DNA of 64,000 bases from the IMG/VR virus record IMGVR_UViG_3300009164_000056, positions 25,571 to 89,570 of that record, one strand, 5' to 3'. Shown here one piece after another: positions 1 to 10,277 of this stretch. Under the pieces are notes generated by a model. That model had not been told where the DNA came from and made no database searches. It saw only the letters and a list, made by a program, of their open reading frames with translations. The position numbers were made by a program, and so were the translations under genes. Position 1 is the first letter of the stretch. Each line of letters begins with the position of its first letter. The stretch comes from a virus.

Positions 1-1584
1 ATTAAGAAAGCTTTACTTTCCACATTCCCTGGATTTGGTGCTGATGGTACTGTAACAAACGTTACTGGTGTTAACTCTACATTTATTTCAACTGCAGTAG
101 CTACTGGAACAACAACTCCTGCTATTACAGCTAGTTTAAGTGCAACGGGTACACCAAGCGCATCTACTTATTTAAGAGGTGATAATACATGGGCATCTGT
201 TCCTGCTGCTTATTCTTGGTCTATTGGTGCTACTACGGGACTTGCACAAAATGTTGGAAATGGTGCATTGGTAAGAATCCTTGCAGGTTCTGGTATTACA
301 AGTACAGTAGCTGCAGGTGCTGGTGATCCAACTGTAACTATTGTGAATACAGGGGTATTAGCACTTACTGCAGGAACTAACGTTTCTATTACAGGTACAC
401 AAGCAAACTTAACTATTAATGCAACTGACCAATATACAGGTACTGTAACAAATATTGCTACGGGTGCTGGTTTAACTGGTGGTCCTATTACTTCTACTGG
501 TACAATTGCTGTTAAATACACATTTGCAGGTAACATTATAGATGCAGCACCTGCTGGATTACCTGGAGTAGCTCAAGATTATATTTTACTACATAATTTT
601 ATAACAAATAATGCTGAAAAGTCTCAACTTGGTGCAATATCAATAAGTGAATTAGATACACCTTCTGCAGATTTAAATATTAATACATTTAAATTAATTA
701 ATGTTGTTAACCCAACAAATGCTCAAGATGCTGCAACTAAAAACTACGTAGATACTACATTTGCTGGTTCTGGTGCATTAATTTATCAAGGTGGTTATAA
801 TGCATCTACAAATACACCTAATTTAGATGTACCTCCTACAGGTACTATTAATAAAGGATTTACATATACTGTTACAGTAGATGGTGTATTCTTTGGAGAA
901 CAAGTTAGAGTAGGTGATTTGCTTATTGCAAACATTAATACTCCAACTGTATTAGGAGACTGGACAAGAGTACAAAATAACATTGACTTAGCTACTACAA
1001 CTACTGTAGGTATTGCTAGCTTTGCTGCTGCAAGTTTTGCTGTAAGTGCTGCTGGTGAGGTTACCATTAAAAATGGTGGTGTAATTTTAGGTACGCAAAC
1101 TACAGGATCTTATAACCCTACTGTTGGTACAACAGCAAGTGTTAACATTGGAAATAATAGCACATTTGGTACTTTAGTATTTAATGATATTACATTAACA
1201 AATGGTGTAATTACATCATATACTACTGAATACATTCAGTCATCAAGTACAACTAATCCTGGTGTAATTTTAATTGCAACAGATGTTGAAGCAACTGCTG
1301 GTTCAGTTACTACTAAAGCTGTTACTCCGGCACAATTGATTTCTAATGCAACTTCAGTAGCTAATACTGCTATAACAAGTAGAGAATTTAAAACATCTCT
1401 TGCTGCATCGGGTGTTGTATCACATAATATGAACTCATTTGATGTAATGGTACAATTGTATGATTCACTTACTTTTGAAACTGTTTATGCAGATGTAGTT
1501 AGAACAAGTTCAAATGCAGTTACTGTTACTTTTGGTGCTGTTCCTACAAATCCTATCAAAATATTAATTATTAAAATAGGATAA
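1..1584 (+). CDS. Tail fibre / virion fibre protein, 5'-truncated by the window edge
   Basis: The frame of the 268..1584 ORF is open from base 1 (IKKALLSTFPGFGADGTVTNV...). Thr/Gly/Ala-rich, with typical fibre motifs: TYLRGDNTW, GTVTNIATGAGLTGGPITSTGTI, PTNAQDAATKNYVD, and a C-terminal HNMNSFDVMVQLYD domain. Confidence 0.85.
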   Translation: MKKALLSTFPGFGADGTVTNVTGVNSTFISTAVATGTTTPAITASLSATGTPSASTYLRGDNTWASVPAAYSWSIGATTGLAQNVGNGALVRILAGSGITSTVAAGAGDPTVTIVNTGVLALTAGTNVSITGTQANLTINATDQYTGTVTNIATGAGLTGGPITSTGTIAVKYTFAGNIIDAAPAGLPGVAQDYILLHNFITNNAEKSQLGAISISELDTPSADLNINTFKLINVVNPTNAQDAATKNYVDTTFAGSGALIYQGGYNASTNTPNLDVPPTGTINKGFTYTVTVDGVFFGEQVRVGDLLIANINTPTVLGDWTRVQNNIDLATTTTVGIASFAAASFAVSAAGEVTIKNGGVILGTQTTGSYNPTVGTTASVNIGNNSTFGTLVFNDITLTNGVITSYTTEYIQSSSTTNPGVILIATDVEATAGSVTTKAVTPAQLISNATSVANTAITSREFKTSLAASGVVSHNMNSFDVMVQLYDSLTFETVYADVVRTSSNAVTVTFGAVPTNPIKILIIKIG

Positions 1585-1600
1585 ATAACACTTTTATATT

Positions 1601-1639
1601 AAGGGGGGATTTCATAAATTCATGGTTTCCCCCTTTTTT
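1601..1639 (+). terminator. Probable intrinsic terminator
   Basis: AAGGGGGGA...TCCCCCTT stem followed by a T run, just after the stop at 1584. Confidence 0.7.
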
Positions 1640-1654
1640 ATAAATTAAAAATTG

Positions 1655-1662
1655 TACTTTTG
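1655..1662 (+). promoter_or_regulatory. Bacteroidota-type -7 promoter element (TAnnTTTG)
   Basis: TACTTTTG about 25 nt upstream of ATG 1688, after the terminator. Confidence 0.5.
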
Positions 1663-1687
1663 GTACCAATATAAAATAAAATTATAG

Positions 1688-4600
1688 ATGGCAATAAGAT
1701 TTTTAACCAGTCAAAATATACAAGCAGGTACATTAACTGTATCAACTATAGCCAACTTATCTACAGCATCTAATGTATTTTTAGTTTCAGATAGTGGTTT
1801 AGTTAAATATAGAACCGCCACACAAGTGCGTTCTGATATTGGAGCGGGTACTGTAACATCTATTACAATAACTCCAGGTACAGGAATAAGTGGTGGAGGA
1901 ACAATTACTTCATCAGGTACACTTACTATTACAAATACAGACTTGGGTTCTTCTCAAGCTATATTTAAAAATATTGCAGCTGCAGGCGAAAGTACAATAG
2001 TTGCTGATTCTAATAATGATACATTAACTTTTGTCAATGGTTCTAATATTGCCATCACTACTAATGCAACAACTGATACAATAACTATATCTGCATCAGA
2101 TACTAATAATTATCCAACTACTTTAACTTGGGATACTGGAACAGGTATTTTAGGTTTAGGAAGAAGTGGTTTATCTACTTTAACTGTAGATTTAGACGGA
2201 AGATATCCTGAAAATAATGGTACAGGTGCAAGTGGTACTTGGGGAATAAATATTACAGGTAATGCAACATATGCAACAAATGCAGGAAATGCTGATACAA
2301 TTGATAACTGGGCATTTACAAATACAGGTTCTAATTCATCAACAGCACCTGATACTATTAATAGTAATGGTATAAGCTATACTGCTGTTGCATTACTTGG
2401 TCAATCAGATGGTGCGTTATATTCTCAAGCATATAGTGTATCTTGGCAACATCAAATATTTGGTGATTATAGAACAGGACAGATTGCAATAAGAGGTAAA
2501 AATAGTGGGGTTTGGCAGGCTTGGAGAACTGTTTTAGATTCTAGCAACTACACTTCATACGCTCCAACTTTAACGGGTGGTGGAGCTTCAGGAACTTGGA
2601 ATATTAATATAACGGGTGCAGCAGCTAGTGCAGCATTTGCAAATTATGCTGATGATGCGGGTTATGCAACTAATGCCAATTATGCAACTAACTCAGGTAA
2701 TGCAACTATTTCTTTATATGTTTCTTCACCTGATGGTGATAGAGTTGCTAGTAATAAATTACCTAACGGTAATCCACCACGTGCTGTACAATATGATTTT
2801 GCTTCTGCAAGTTCAGTTACAGGAGCTACTGGTAATTATGCTGGTGTAATGACATATAGACCATGGGATGGTACAAGTATAAGTACTGGTGATTCATCTT
2901 ATCAATTAGCTTTTGCTAATCAAAGTGGTGTAAATGCATCAGGTCCTGCACAGTTATTGCTAAGAAATGGTATTAATGCTACATGGAATGCTTGGCAAAC
3001 AATGCTTTCTTCAAGTAATTATAATAATTATTCACCAACTTTAACAGGAGGAGCTGCAAGTGGTACATGGTCAATTAGTATAACGGGTAGTGCAACTAGT
3101 ACTCCATATGCTGACTATGCTGATACAGCAGGATATGCTCTTGATGCAGGTAATGCAACAACAGCAAATACTTTATCTAGTGGTCAAAGTAATTGGCTTG
3201 GTACAGGAGTTATTAATAATGTTGTAGGGATGTTGGCTTGGAAAAATTATGGCAATGGTCACGTAATATTTGATGCTTCTAATTCAACTACCCCAAGTGG
3301 TGGAGCTTGTAATAATACAAATCCACAAAATAACTGGACAGGCACATTCCCAACATTAATGGGGTGGAATGGAGTTAACACTTACGGAGTAAGAGTAGAT
3401 AGTACAAGAGTTGCAGATGGATTAACATCAATGAACATATCTCAGTTTACAAATAACTCAGGATATACAACTGGAACTGGTACAATAAACTATGTATCTA
3501 AATTTACAGGAACTACTACTTTTGGTAATAGTTTAATTTATGATGATGGCATTCTTGTAACTATTAATGGAGCATTAACCGTAACAGGTAGTCCAACAAA
3601 TTTACAATACACTAGAGTAAATAATGATTTAGATATATTTAGTGGTGATATTGATTCAGAAAACTATGGAGCTACTGCTAGACTTAGACTATCAAGAGCA
3701 TCTGGTACTTTAGTTTCACCTACAACCCCAAGTTCTGGGACTGCTATTGGTAGAGTAGAATTTGGTGCTTACAATAGTGGCACTGCATCGTTTATAATGA
3801 CTGCAAAAGTTGAAGCAACTATGGATGCTACAAGTGGAGCTAATGATTTACCAAGTAGATTAGGATTCTTTACTACACCAGATAATACTAGTACTATGGT
3901 TGAGAGAATGCGAATTAACAATGCTGGTCAGATAAGAATTGGTGGTACAACAATGAACTTTTCTGATATTTTAAATATTCAGGCTGGGTCAATAGCTTTT
4001 CAAAATGGATATGGTCTTAGATTTACAAGTACATCAGGAAGTATATATGCTAGTGTATATTCTAGTAGTGACAATACAGTAATTAAATCATTAGGAACTG
4101 GTGTTTTAATTAAAAACTTAAGTGGTAGTGATCTTGTAACAGTATTAAATTCAGGATCAGTTCGTTTCAATAGTTATGGAATTGGAACATATGTAGGAAC
4201 AGCTACACAAAAATTAGCAGTAGATAGTTCTGGAAATATTATAGAGATTCCAATTGGTGCAGGTGCAGTAGATGGTTCTGGTACAGCTAATTATATTACT
4301 AAATGGACTAGTACAACTAGTTTAACTAACTCAGCTATATTTGATAATGGTACAAATGTATTAATTGGTACAACTGATGTAGGTACACCTACTTTTGGTT
4401 CTGCACCACAATTTGTAGTTGCAAATGCTGCAGGTGGTGTTATAGATATAAGAAGTCTTAATACAAATATATTAGCCGGTAGTGTACTAGGTAGATTACA
4501 ATTTACAGGAAAAGATGATGCAACTGTAGGATATACTACTGCAGCTATTGAAGCTGTTGCAGTTGGAACAGCTGGTACAGGTAATGGTGGTGGTGGTAAA

Positions 4601-5311
4601 TTAAAATTTATGACTGCTGCATTTGGTACTGGATCAAGTCCTTTACCAAGAATGTGGGTTAATAGTTCAGGTAATGTTACTATTGGGACAAGTGAATTAA
4701 ATTATTCTAAATTAACTGTAGATGGTGACATATATGCTACAACTTCAGTAAATGGTTATTTACTTTATGCTTATGGTGGTGGTTATGGTTGTGCTATTGG
4801 AAGTCCTGGTATTTTAGGTACTGATATAGGATTATATGGTACAGCTGGTGATGAAGTAATTGCTATGTTAAATTATAGTGATGGTTATTATTATTATGGT
4901 GGTACTTCTATAAGAAGTAATGGTTCATTTGTTGGCATTAGTGCATTACCTGATTATCCATTACATGTAGGATCACAAAATGGAAATATTTCTATATATG
5001 CTGATTATGATATTGTAGCATTTTCTGATGAATCAGTTAAAGAAAATATTAGACCTATTGAAAATGTAATTGAAAGAGTACAAAAATCAAGAGGTGTACT
5101 ATATGACAGAATTGATAGTGGTCATAAAGACAATATTGGTTTTATAGCACAAGAGTTAGAACTTACTTTCCCTGAATTAGTTGTTACTAATGAAGATGGA
5201 ACTAAAGCTGTTAAATATCAGAATGCTGTAGCTGTTATGTTTGAAGCTATTAAAGAACAACAAAAACAAATAGATGAACTAAAAGAATTAGTAAATAAAT
5301 TAATCAAATAA
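1688..5311 (+). CDS. Long tail fibre with C-terminal intramolecular chaperone (Peptidase S74)
   Basis: C-terminal FSDESVKENI...GFIAQE...FPELV...EAIKEQQKQIDELK is the S74 autochaperone signature; three internal GASGTWxIxITG repeats. Confidence 0.92.
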   Translation: MAIRFLTSQNIQAGTLTVSTIANLSTASNVFLVSDSGLVKYRTATQVRSDIGAGTVTSITITPGTGISGGGTITSSGTLTITNTDLGSSQAIFKNIAAAGESTIVADSNNDTLTFVNGSNIAITTNATTDTITISASDTNNYPTTLTWDTGTGILGLGRSGLSTLTVDLDGRYPENNGTGASGTWGINITGNATYATNAGNADTIDNWAFTNTGSNSSTAPDTINSNGISYTAVALLGQSDGALYSQAYSVSWQHQIFGDYRTGQIAIRGKNSGVWQAWRTVLDSSNYTSYAPTLTGGGASGTWNINITGAAASAAFANYADDAGYATNANYATNSGNATISLYVSSPDGDRVASNKLPNGNPPRAVQYDFASASSVTGATGNYAGVMTYRPWDGTSISTGDSSYQLAFANQSGVNASGPAQLLLRNGINATWNAWQTMLSSSNYNNYSPTLTGGAASGTWSISITGSATSTPYADYADTAGYALDAGNATTANTLSSGQSNWLGTGVINNVVGMLAWKNYGNGHVIFDASNSTTPSGGACNNTNPQNNWTGTFPTLMGWNGVNTYGVRVDSTRVADGLTSMNISQFTNNSGYTTGTGTINYVSKFTGTTTFGNSLIYDDGILVTINGALTVTGSPTNLQYTRVNNDLDIFSGDIDSENYGATARLRLSRASGTLVSPTTPSSGTAIGRVEFGAYNSGTASFIMTAKVEATMDATSGANDLPSRLGFFTTPDNTSTMVERMRINNAGQIRIGGTTMNFSDILNIQAGSIAFQNGYGLRFTSTSGSIYASVYSSSDNTVIKSLGTGVLIKNLSGSDLVTVLNSGSVRFNSYGIGTYVGTATQKLAVDSSGNIIEIPIGAGAVDGSGTANYITKWTSTTSLTNSAIFDNGTNVLIGTTDVGTPTFGSAPQFVVANAAGGVIDIRSLNTNILAGSVLGRLQFTGKDDATVGYTTAAIEAVAVGTAGTGNGGGGKLKFMTAAFGTGSSPLPRMWVNSSGNVTIGTSELNYSKLTVDGDIYATTSVNGYLLYAYGGGYGCAIGSPGILGTDIGLYGTAGDEVIAMLNYSDGYYYYGGTSIRSNGSFVGISALPDYPLHVGSQNGNISIYADYDIVAFSDESVKENIRPIENVIERVQKSRGVLYDRIDSGHKDNIGFIAQELELTFPELVVTNEDGTKAVKYQNAVAVMFEAIKEQQKQIDELKELVNKLIK

Positions 5312-5312
5312 T

Positions 5313-5633
5313 ATGAACACATATACCTGGTTTATTGCATCATTAGATTGCAAAATAAATGAAGACAACTTACAAGATGTTGTATACAATGTAAATTGGA
5401 GATACAGTGCTATTAATGAAGAGGGCGTAATGGCTTTAACTTATGGTGGTTTATTAGTATCACCACCAAGTGCAGAAGATTTTACACCTTATGATCAATT
5501 AACTAAAGAACAAATAATTGGTTGGTTAGAAGCTGGCTTAAATGTTCCTGCAATAACTGCTGATTTGGATAATCAAATTAATTTGATTGTTAATCCTGTA
5601 GATGTAACACCACCTTTACCATTTGAAAATTAA
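5313..5633 (+). CDS. Small tail-fibre-associated protein (paralogue 1)
   Basis: YTWxI...VVYNVNW...FTPYDQLTKEQIIGWL pattern typical of small proteins next to phage fibre genes; similar to 6100 and 6441. Confidence 0.7.
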   Translation: MNTYTWFIASLDCKINEDNLQDVVYNVNWRYSAINEEGVMALTYGGLLVSPPSAEDFTPYDQLTKEQIIGWLEAGLNVPAITADLDNQINLIVNPVDVTPPLPFEN

Positions 5634-5639
5634 TAAGAT

Positions 5640-6077
5640 ATGTCATTACCATTAAGTGGACCTTTAAGCTTTTCAGATATAGCTAGTGTAATAGGTGTTG
5701 ATTCACCTTACTCATTAGGGACTATGTCAGCTAATGCTGGATTTACATCACCAGATTCAGTATCTGAATTTTATGGTTATGGTCCTGGTGGTGGTTTGAC
5801 ATTATTCTTTGTAAGTCAACCTCCAACTAACTTATCGCAAAAGGTTTGTCAGATGAGACCATCTTGTTGTACACCAGTTTGGCATAATGGAATTGGAGCG
5901 TTACCAGAACCTGGAGATTTTGTTTATACAGACTCTGCAGGAACAGTACCTTTAATGGGTTTTAAAGCTCAATTTTTTTATGGAATGGACATAGAAGAAT
6001 GTGTTCCAGCATTTAATTGGCTTTTAATATCTGATTTAGATTCTGGACAAGTTTTAGAAGTAGGTGGATGTTTTTAA
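5640..6077 (+). CDS. Putative fibre-tip / adhesin-like virion protein
   Basis: N-terminal MSLPLSGPLSFSDI...SVSEFYG resembles small proteins found after S74 fibres; Cys-containing C-terminal domain. Confidence 0.55.
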   Translation: MSLPLSGPLSFSDIASVIGVDSPYSLGTMSANAGFTSPDSVSEFYGYGPGGGLTLFFVSQPPTNLSQKVCQMRPSCCTPVWHNGIGALPEPGDFVYTDSAGTVPLMGFKAQFFYGMDIEECVPAFNWLLISDLDSGQVLEVGGCF

Positions 6078-6099
6078 TAATTTAAATAAATAAAAAGAT

Positions 6100-6435
6100 A
6101 TGACAAAGTATATTTGGGATTGCAATATGATTGAGGTTTTACCAACCTTAGATACATTTAATAATGTAGTATGTAAAGTACATTATAAAGTAACATGCAT
6201 TGATGATGAAGATTTATCTGAGTCACCAAAATCAGTTGATAAACTAGGTGTGCAAATATTAAATACAGAAAATATAACTAATTTTGTTAATTTTGAAGAA
6301 TTAACAAATGAGACTATTACTGTTTGGGTAAAAGCAGCACTTGGTGAAACACGTGTTTCTGATATAGAATTAAAACTTAAAGTTAGATATGATAGTATGA
6401 TTGACTCATATATCATATCTATTAATAAAGACTAA
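6100..6435 (+). CDS. Small tail-fibre-associated protein (paralogue 2)
   Basis: YIWDC...NVVCKVHY...FVNFEELTNETITVWV aligns by eye with 5313. Confidence 0.7.
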   Translation: MTKYIWDCNMIEVLPTLDTFNNVVCKVHYKVTCIDDEDLSESPKSVDKLGVQILNTENITNFVNFEELTNETITVWVKAALGETRVSDIELKLKVRYDSMIDSYIISINKD

Positions 6436-6440
6436 TAGTT

Positions 6441-6908
6441 ATGAAAAAACCAATTATTAAAAAAACTCTTGTAAAAAAAGAAGTTGTTAAAGAAGTTGCT
6501 ATTAAAGCAAAACCTATTGCTAAAAAACCTATTAAAGAAGTTAAAGCAATAAGTAAAATTGTAAAACCTGTATTTGTAGAGGAACCAATTATTGAGATCA
6601 AGTATAGTTGGGATATAGAAAACATTGAGATTAACAACCTTACTAATATAATTACTCAAATTACCTATGAGCTTATAGGTACTTTAAATGATGAAAGTTA
6701 CCCGGTTAGTGGTACAATCTTAATACCTAAAGATGGGATCCTTTCTAATAAAGTAGAAACAGGTGATTATAAAACTCTAACAAAACAAGAAATCATAGAC
6801 TATATGGTTAGCAGAATATCTGATAAACATGTGGAATCAATGAAAGCTTTGATTATTCAAAACTTCAATGGAACTAAAATAATTGATAAAACTTTTTGGA
6901 AATCATAA
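6441..6908 (+). CDS. Tail-fibre-associated protein (paralogue 3) with Lys-rich N-terminal tail
   Basis: About 45 aa of KKPI/KEV repeats, then YSWDI...IITQITY...YKTLTKQEIIDYM, which resembles 5313 and 6100. Confidence 0.65.
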   Translation: MKKPIIKKTLVKKEVVKEVAIKAKPIAKKPIKEVKAISKIVKPVFVEEPIIEIKYSWDIENIEINNLTNIITQITYELIGTLNDESYPVSGTILIPKDGILSNKVETGDYKTLTKQEIIDYMVSRISDKHVESMKALIIQNFNGTKIIDKTFWKS

Positions 6909-6916
6909 ATAAGTTA

Positions 6917-6924
6917 TATATTTG
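6917..6924 (+). promoter_or_regulatory. Bacteroidota-type -7 promoter element
   Basis: TATATTTG in the intergenic gap, about 35 nt before ATG 6960. Confidence 0.5.
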
Positions 6925-6959
6925 TAACATAATTAAAAAACAATTTAAAACCAATAAAA

Positions 6960-7244
6960 ATGGCAAAGACAAAGTTACCACAAGAAGAAGCTGTTGAAGT
7001 TAAAAAACTTACAGCAGAAGAACTAGAAAATCTAGTTAATGTTCAACAAAAGATTAACAACATTACTTTAAATTTAGGTAATGCTGAATTGGCTAAACAA
7101 GCCATGTTTGTTGAATATTCTAAAATTAAGGCTGAATGGGATGTAGTTGCAAAAACATTAGAAGAGAAGTATGGTCAGGTTAATGTTAACTTATCTGATG
7201 GTACAATTGCACCAATTGACCCTTCTGCCAACCCGCTAGGGTAA
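6960..7244 (+). CDS. Small coiled-coil protein (possible fibre assembly chaperone)
   Basis: Helical KLTAEELENL...LGNAEL...LEEKYGQVNVNLSDG; A-rich leader. Confidence 0.7.
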   Translation: MAKTKLPQEEAVEVKKLTAEELENLVNVQQKINNITLNLGNAELAKQAMFVEYSKIKAEWDVVAKTLEEKYGQVNVNLSDGTIAPIDPSANPLG

Positions 7245-7265
7245 TTTCTTTATACGTAAATATTT

Positions 7266-7318
7266 TATAAAAAATTTTATAACTGAACTTTTCTTGTTTG
7301 GTTATAAAATTTTTTGTA
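7266..7318. repeat. Long inverted repeat (hairpin/terminator) overlapping a promoter-like motif
   Basis: AAAAAATTTTATAAC (7269-7283) is the perfect reverse complement of GTTATAAAATTTTTT (7301-7315); the stem extends with G-U pairs. Confidence 0.8.
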
Positions 7319-7323
7319 TATTA
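7313..7323 (+). promoter_or_regulatory. Repeated promoter-like motif TTTGTAWATTA
   Basis: Also at 11616, 21599, 52143 and 52928, all intergenic and upstream of genes. Confidence 0.55.
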
Positions 7324-7373
7324 TAATTGTATAGAGCACAATAAACTATTACATTATAGTAAATAAAATATTT

Positions 7374-9644
7374 ATGATACCAACAAATTCAAGTAATACA
7401 ACAAACGGATGTGATACCATTTCATCCAATTGTGTCATTTGGCAGGGGCCGGATATTAGTTGTATAAACCTATGTAATGGTGATACAATTAGTGATGTAA
7501 CAGCTAAACTAGCTGAATTAGTATGCTCATTAATTGAAGATGGCGTTGCTGCTAATCCTAACCTAACAGGTTTAGACTTATCATGTCTTAATATTCCTGG
7601 TACAACACCTACTACATTAGTTCCTGTTTTACAACAAATGGTTGATGCTATATGTGAGAAAAATACAGGAACTACAATTAACTCAGAACTAGTTAAAGCA
7701 AATCTTCCTATAATGACATTGCCTGCATGTTTAGTCTATGATGACGCATCAGGTAATCCAGTTACACAATTACGTTTAGATAACTTTACTCTTTTAATAG
7801 CACAGCAAGTTTGTGATATACTTGTTACAATAGTTTATATTGAAACAACTTTAAATAACTACAACACTAGAATAACAACATTAGAAGCATGTGTATTACC
7901 ATGTACAGGAGCTACAGCAGAAACACAGGTTGTTCCTACATGTATAATTAATGTAGGAGTACTAACAGATGTATCTGTTTTACTACTTGCTTTAGAAGTA
8001 AGATTTTGTGCATTAGAAACAGCTGTAGGTTTACCTGCTGCAATTAATGCTGCTATAAGTCAAGGATCATGTATATTATCAACCACTACTACATTAGCTA
8101 ATTCATCAGTATCATATGGTTCAATACCAGGATGGAATAATACTCCAGTAAATTTAGCACAAAGCACACAAAATATATGGGCTGTGTTATGTGATATGTA
8201 TGAAGCTATTTCAAGCATTCAAACTAACTGTTGTCCTTCAGGATGTTCTAGTGTAACTTTTGGTTACAATACAACTAACGTAATAAGCAGTACTGGTACT
8301 ATATCAGGCATTAACTTTAATTTCCAAAATACAACAGGTACTGGATCTGTTATACCAGCAACATTTAATGATTGTGCTGGTAGTACAGTTATTACTGTTA
8401 GAGATAGCAATAATGTTGCAATTACAAGTACAGTAAGTGTTTCAGCTTTACAAAACTCTGCGGGTGGAGTTACTATATCATTACCAGGTTTAAATACTTA
8501 TGGTCCATTAACTACTACTGTAGCATTCTGTGTTACAGATGGTAGAGATACATGTAATGATGTTATAGTTAAATCAGTTGCGGGAGTTGTACCTTGTCCA
8601 ACACCAGTTATGAGTGCAATTACAACAACAGGAGCTACTGTTACATTTACAAATATGTTAGGATCATCAGCAGTTTATGTTATAGATATTCTTAATTCTT
8701 TAACAAATGTTGTTGCAGCCACCTTTACTCAAAACGCTCCTGGTGCTACAGTAGTAAAAGCATTTACAGGTTTAGTTGCTGGTACAGCATATAACACTAG
8801 AGTAACTGTTCAAATTGGTGGTCAAACACAAGTATGTACTACACAAATAGTAACATTTACAACAGAGACTGCAGCTGCTCCATGTAGTAATGGATTAGAT
8901 GTTGTATTCTTATTAGATTATACTGGAAGTATGAGTACTACTATTTCTGCTATTAAAGCAGGTATTCCATCTACAATAAGCACAATACAAGCAGCTTCTG
9001 GAACTAATGATTATAGATTAGCATTAGTATTAGCAGATGAAGGAGATACTTCAACACCAACTTATGCAACTTCAGTAGATTATTTAGCATTACCAGCTAA
9101 TCAAAAAATTACAAATACAGGTTCTTATGCTGGTTCACCAAGATATCAATTTATTACAGCAGTAGAAAAATTTGCTACAAATAATACTACATCATTTACA
9201 ACTCAATTAAATAAAATTGATACAGGAGCTGCACCAACATATTGGCCTATAGGTAATGGATATGGTAGTCCAGAACCTACAGATTTGGCTCTTGGATTTG
9301 TTGTTGAAGGTTTAAATTTTGCAGGTGCATTTAGAACTAATGTTGCTAAATATGTACTTATTTATACAGATGATTATCCAAGTGGTACTGATGATAATTT
9401 TGATGCTACAGATGTTACTAGATTAGCATCATTAGCACAGACTTGTTTAAATCAAGGTATTAAATGCTTTGTATTAGGTGCAGGTGTTGATTTAACATAT
9501 ACACCACCAGGAGGTACAACAACTTATCCTTGGAGAGTATTTGCAACAGCAACAAATGGAGCATGGAATGCGTCTTATTCAACAGCTACAGTAAATTCAT
9601 TAATCACTAACGGTTGTGCAACAACAACACCACCATTAACTTAA
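7374..9644 (+). CDS. Cys-rich virion structural protein with FN3-like and C-terminal vWA domains
   Basis: Cys-rich N-terminus (SSNCVIWQGPDISC); FN3-like FTGLVAGTAYNTRV; vWA MIDAS DVVFLLDYTGSM, PEPTDLAL and LIYTDD. Confidence 0.75.
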   Translation: MIPTNSSNTTNGCDTISSNCVIWQGPDISCINLCNGDTISDVTAKLAELVCSLIEDGVAANPNLTGLDLSCLNIPGTTPTTLVPVLQQMVDAICEKNTGTTINSELVKANLPIMTLPACLVYDDASGNPVTQLRLDNFTLLIAQQVCDILVTIVYIETTLNNYNTRITTLEACVLPCTGATAETQVVPTCIINVGVLTDVSVLLLALEVRFCALETAVGLPAAINAAISQGSCILSTTTTLANSSVSYGSIPGWNNTPVNLAQSTQNIWAVLCDMYEAISSIQTNCCPSGCSSVTFGYNTTNVISSTGTISGINFNFQNTTGTGSVIPATFNDCAGSTVITVRDSNNVAITSTVSVSALQNSAGGVTISLPGLNTYGPLTTTVAFCVTDGRDTCNDVIVKSVAGVVPCPTPVMSAITTTGATVTFTNMLGSSAVYVIDILNSLTNVVAATFTQNAPGATVVKAFTGLVAGTAYNTRVTVQIGGQTQVCTTQIVTFTTETAAAPCSNGLDVVFLLDYTGSMSTTISAIKAGIPSTISTIQAASGTNDYRLALVLADEGDTSTPTYATSVDYLALPANQKITNTGSYAGSPRYQFITAVEKFATNNTTSFTTQLNKIDTGAAPTYWPIGNGYGSPEPTDLALGFVVEGLNFAGAFRTNVAKYVLIYTDDYPSGTDDNFDATDVTRLASLAQTCLNQGIKCFVLGAGVDLTYTPPGGTTTYPWRVFATATNGAWNASYSTATVNSLITNGCATTTPPLT

Positions 9645-9662
9645 TTAAAATAAAATATAAAG

Positions 9663-10223
9663 ATGGCATGTAATTGTTCAAAATGTAGTAGTAAATGTGG
9701 TTGTGCTGATACAGCACTAACTAACCCATGTACATATACTGACTGTAGTGTTGGTAGTGAAAGATGTGATGATGTACAATGTGCAGAATGCGTTAGCTAT
9801 TGTGGTACATCTTTTCAAATAGGAAACCCCGGAACTTTATTACAAATAAATAAAGGTGAAAGACTTGATTCTATTATACAAAAGTTTGCTATGATTTTAT
9901 CTAATGGTTTAGGAGCATGTACTTCTAATGATGTACAACATGATCCGTTTAATGTATATGCAGGTGTTATTACTAGTAGTACAGCATCAGTATTGTGGAA
10001 TGGTACTTGGAGTGGAAGCACTGGAGTAAATATTTATTATAATACTCAGATTGCTCCAACCACATGGATTTTAGCTAATCCAGTACCAATTGTTCCAACT
10101 ATATTTAATTATACAATAACAAACCTTTTAGCTAGTTCAGCATATAAAGTAAAAGTAGTAGATGCAGGTAATTCATCAGCATGTAAACCAATTGAAATAC
10201 TATTCTCTACCCTAGCAGTATAA
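9663..10223 (+). CDS. Cys-rich structural protein with FN3-like domain
   Basis: N-terminal CNCSKCSSKCGC...CVSYCG; C-terminal YTITNLLASSAYKVKV. Confidence 0.7.
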   Translation: MACNCSKCSSKCGCADTALTNPCTYTDCSVGSERCDDVQCAECVSYCGTSFQIGNPGTLLQINKGERLDSIIQKFAMILSNGLGACTSNDVQHDPFNVYAGVITSSTASVLWNGTWSGSTGVNIYYNTQIAPTTWILANPVPIVPTIFNYTITNLLASSAYKVKVVDAGNSSACKPIEILFSTLAV

Positions 10224-10277
10224 CATTAAAAAAAACAACAAGAGTGATGGTTTGTTGGTTTTCTATCACAGGAGTTG

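Noticed and set aside
1688-9644. Diversity-generating retroelement or invertible tail-fibre cassette
   Set aside because: No reverse transcriptase, recombinase or near-identical template/variable repeat pair seen in this window.
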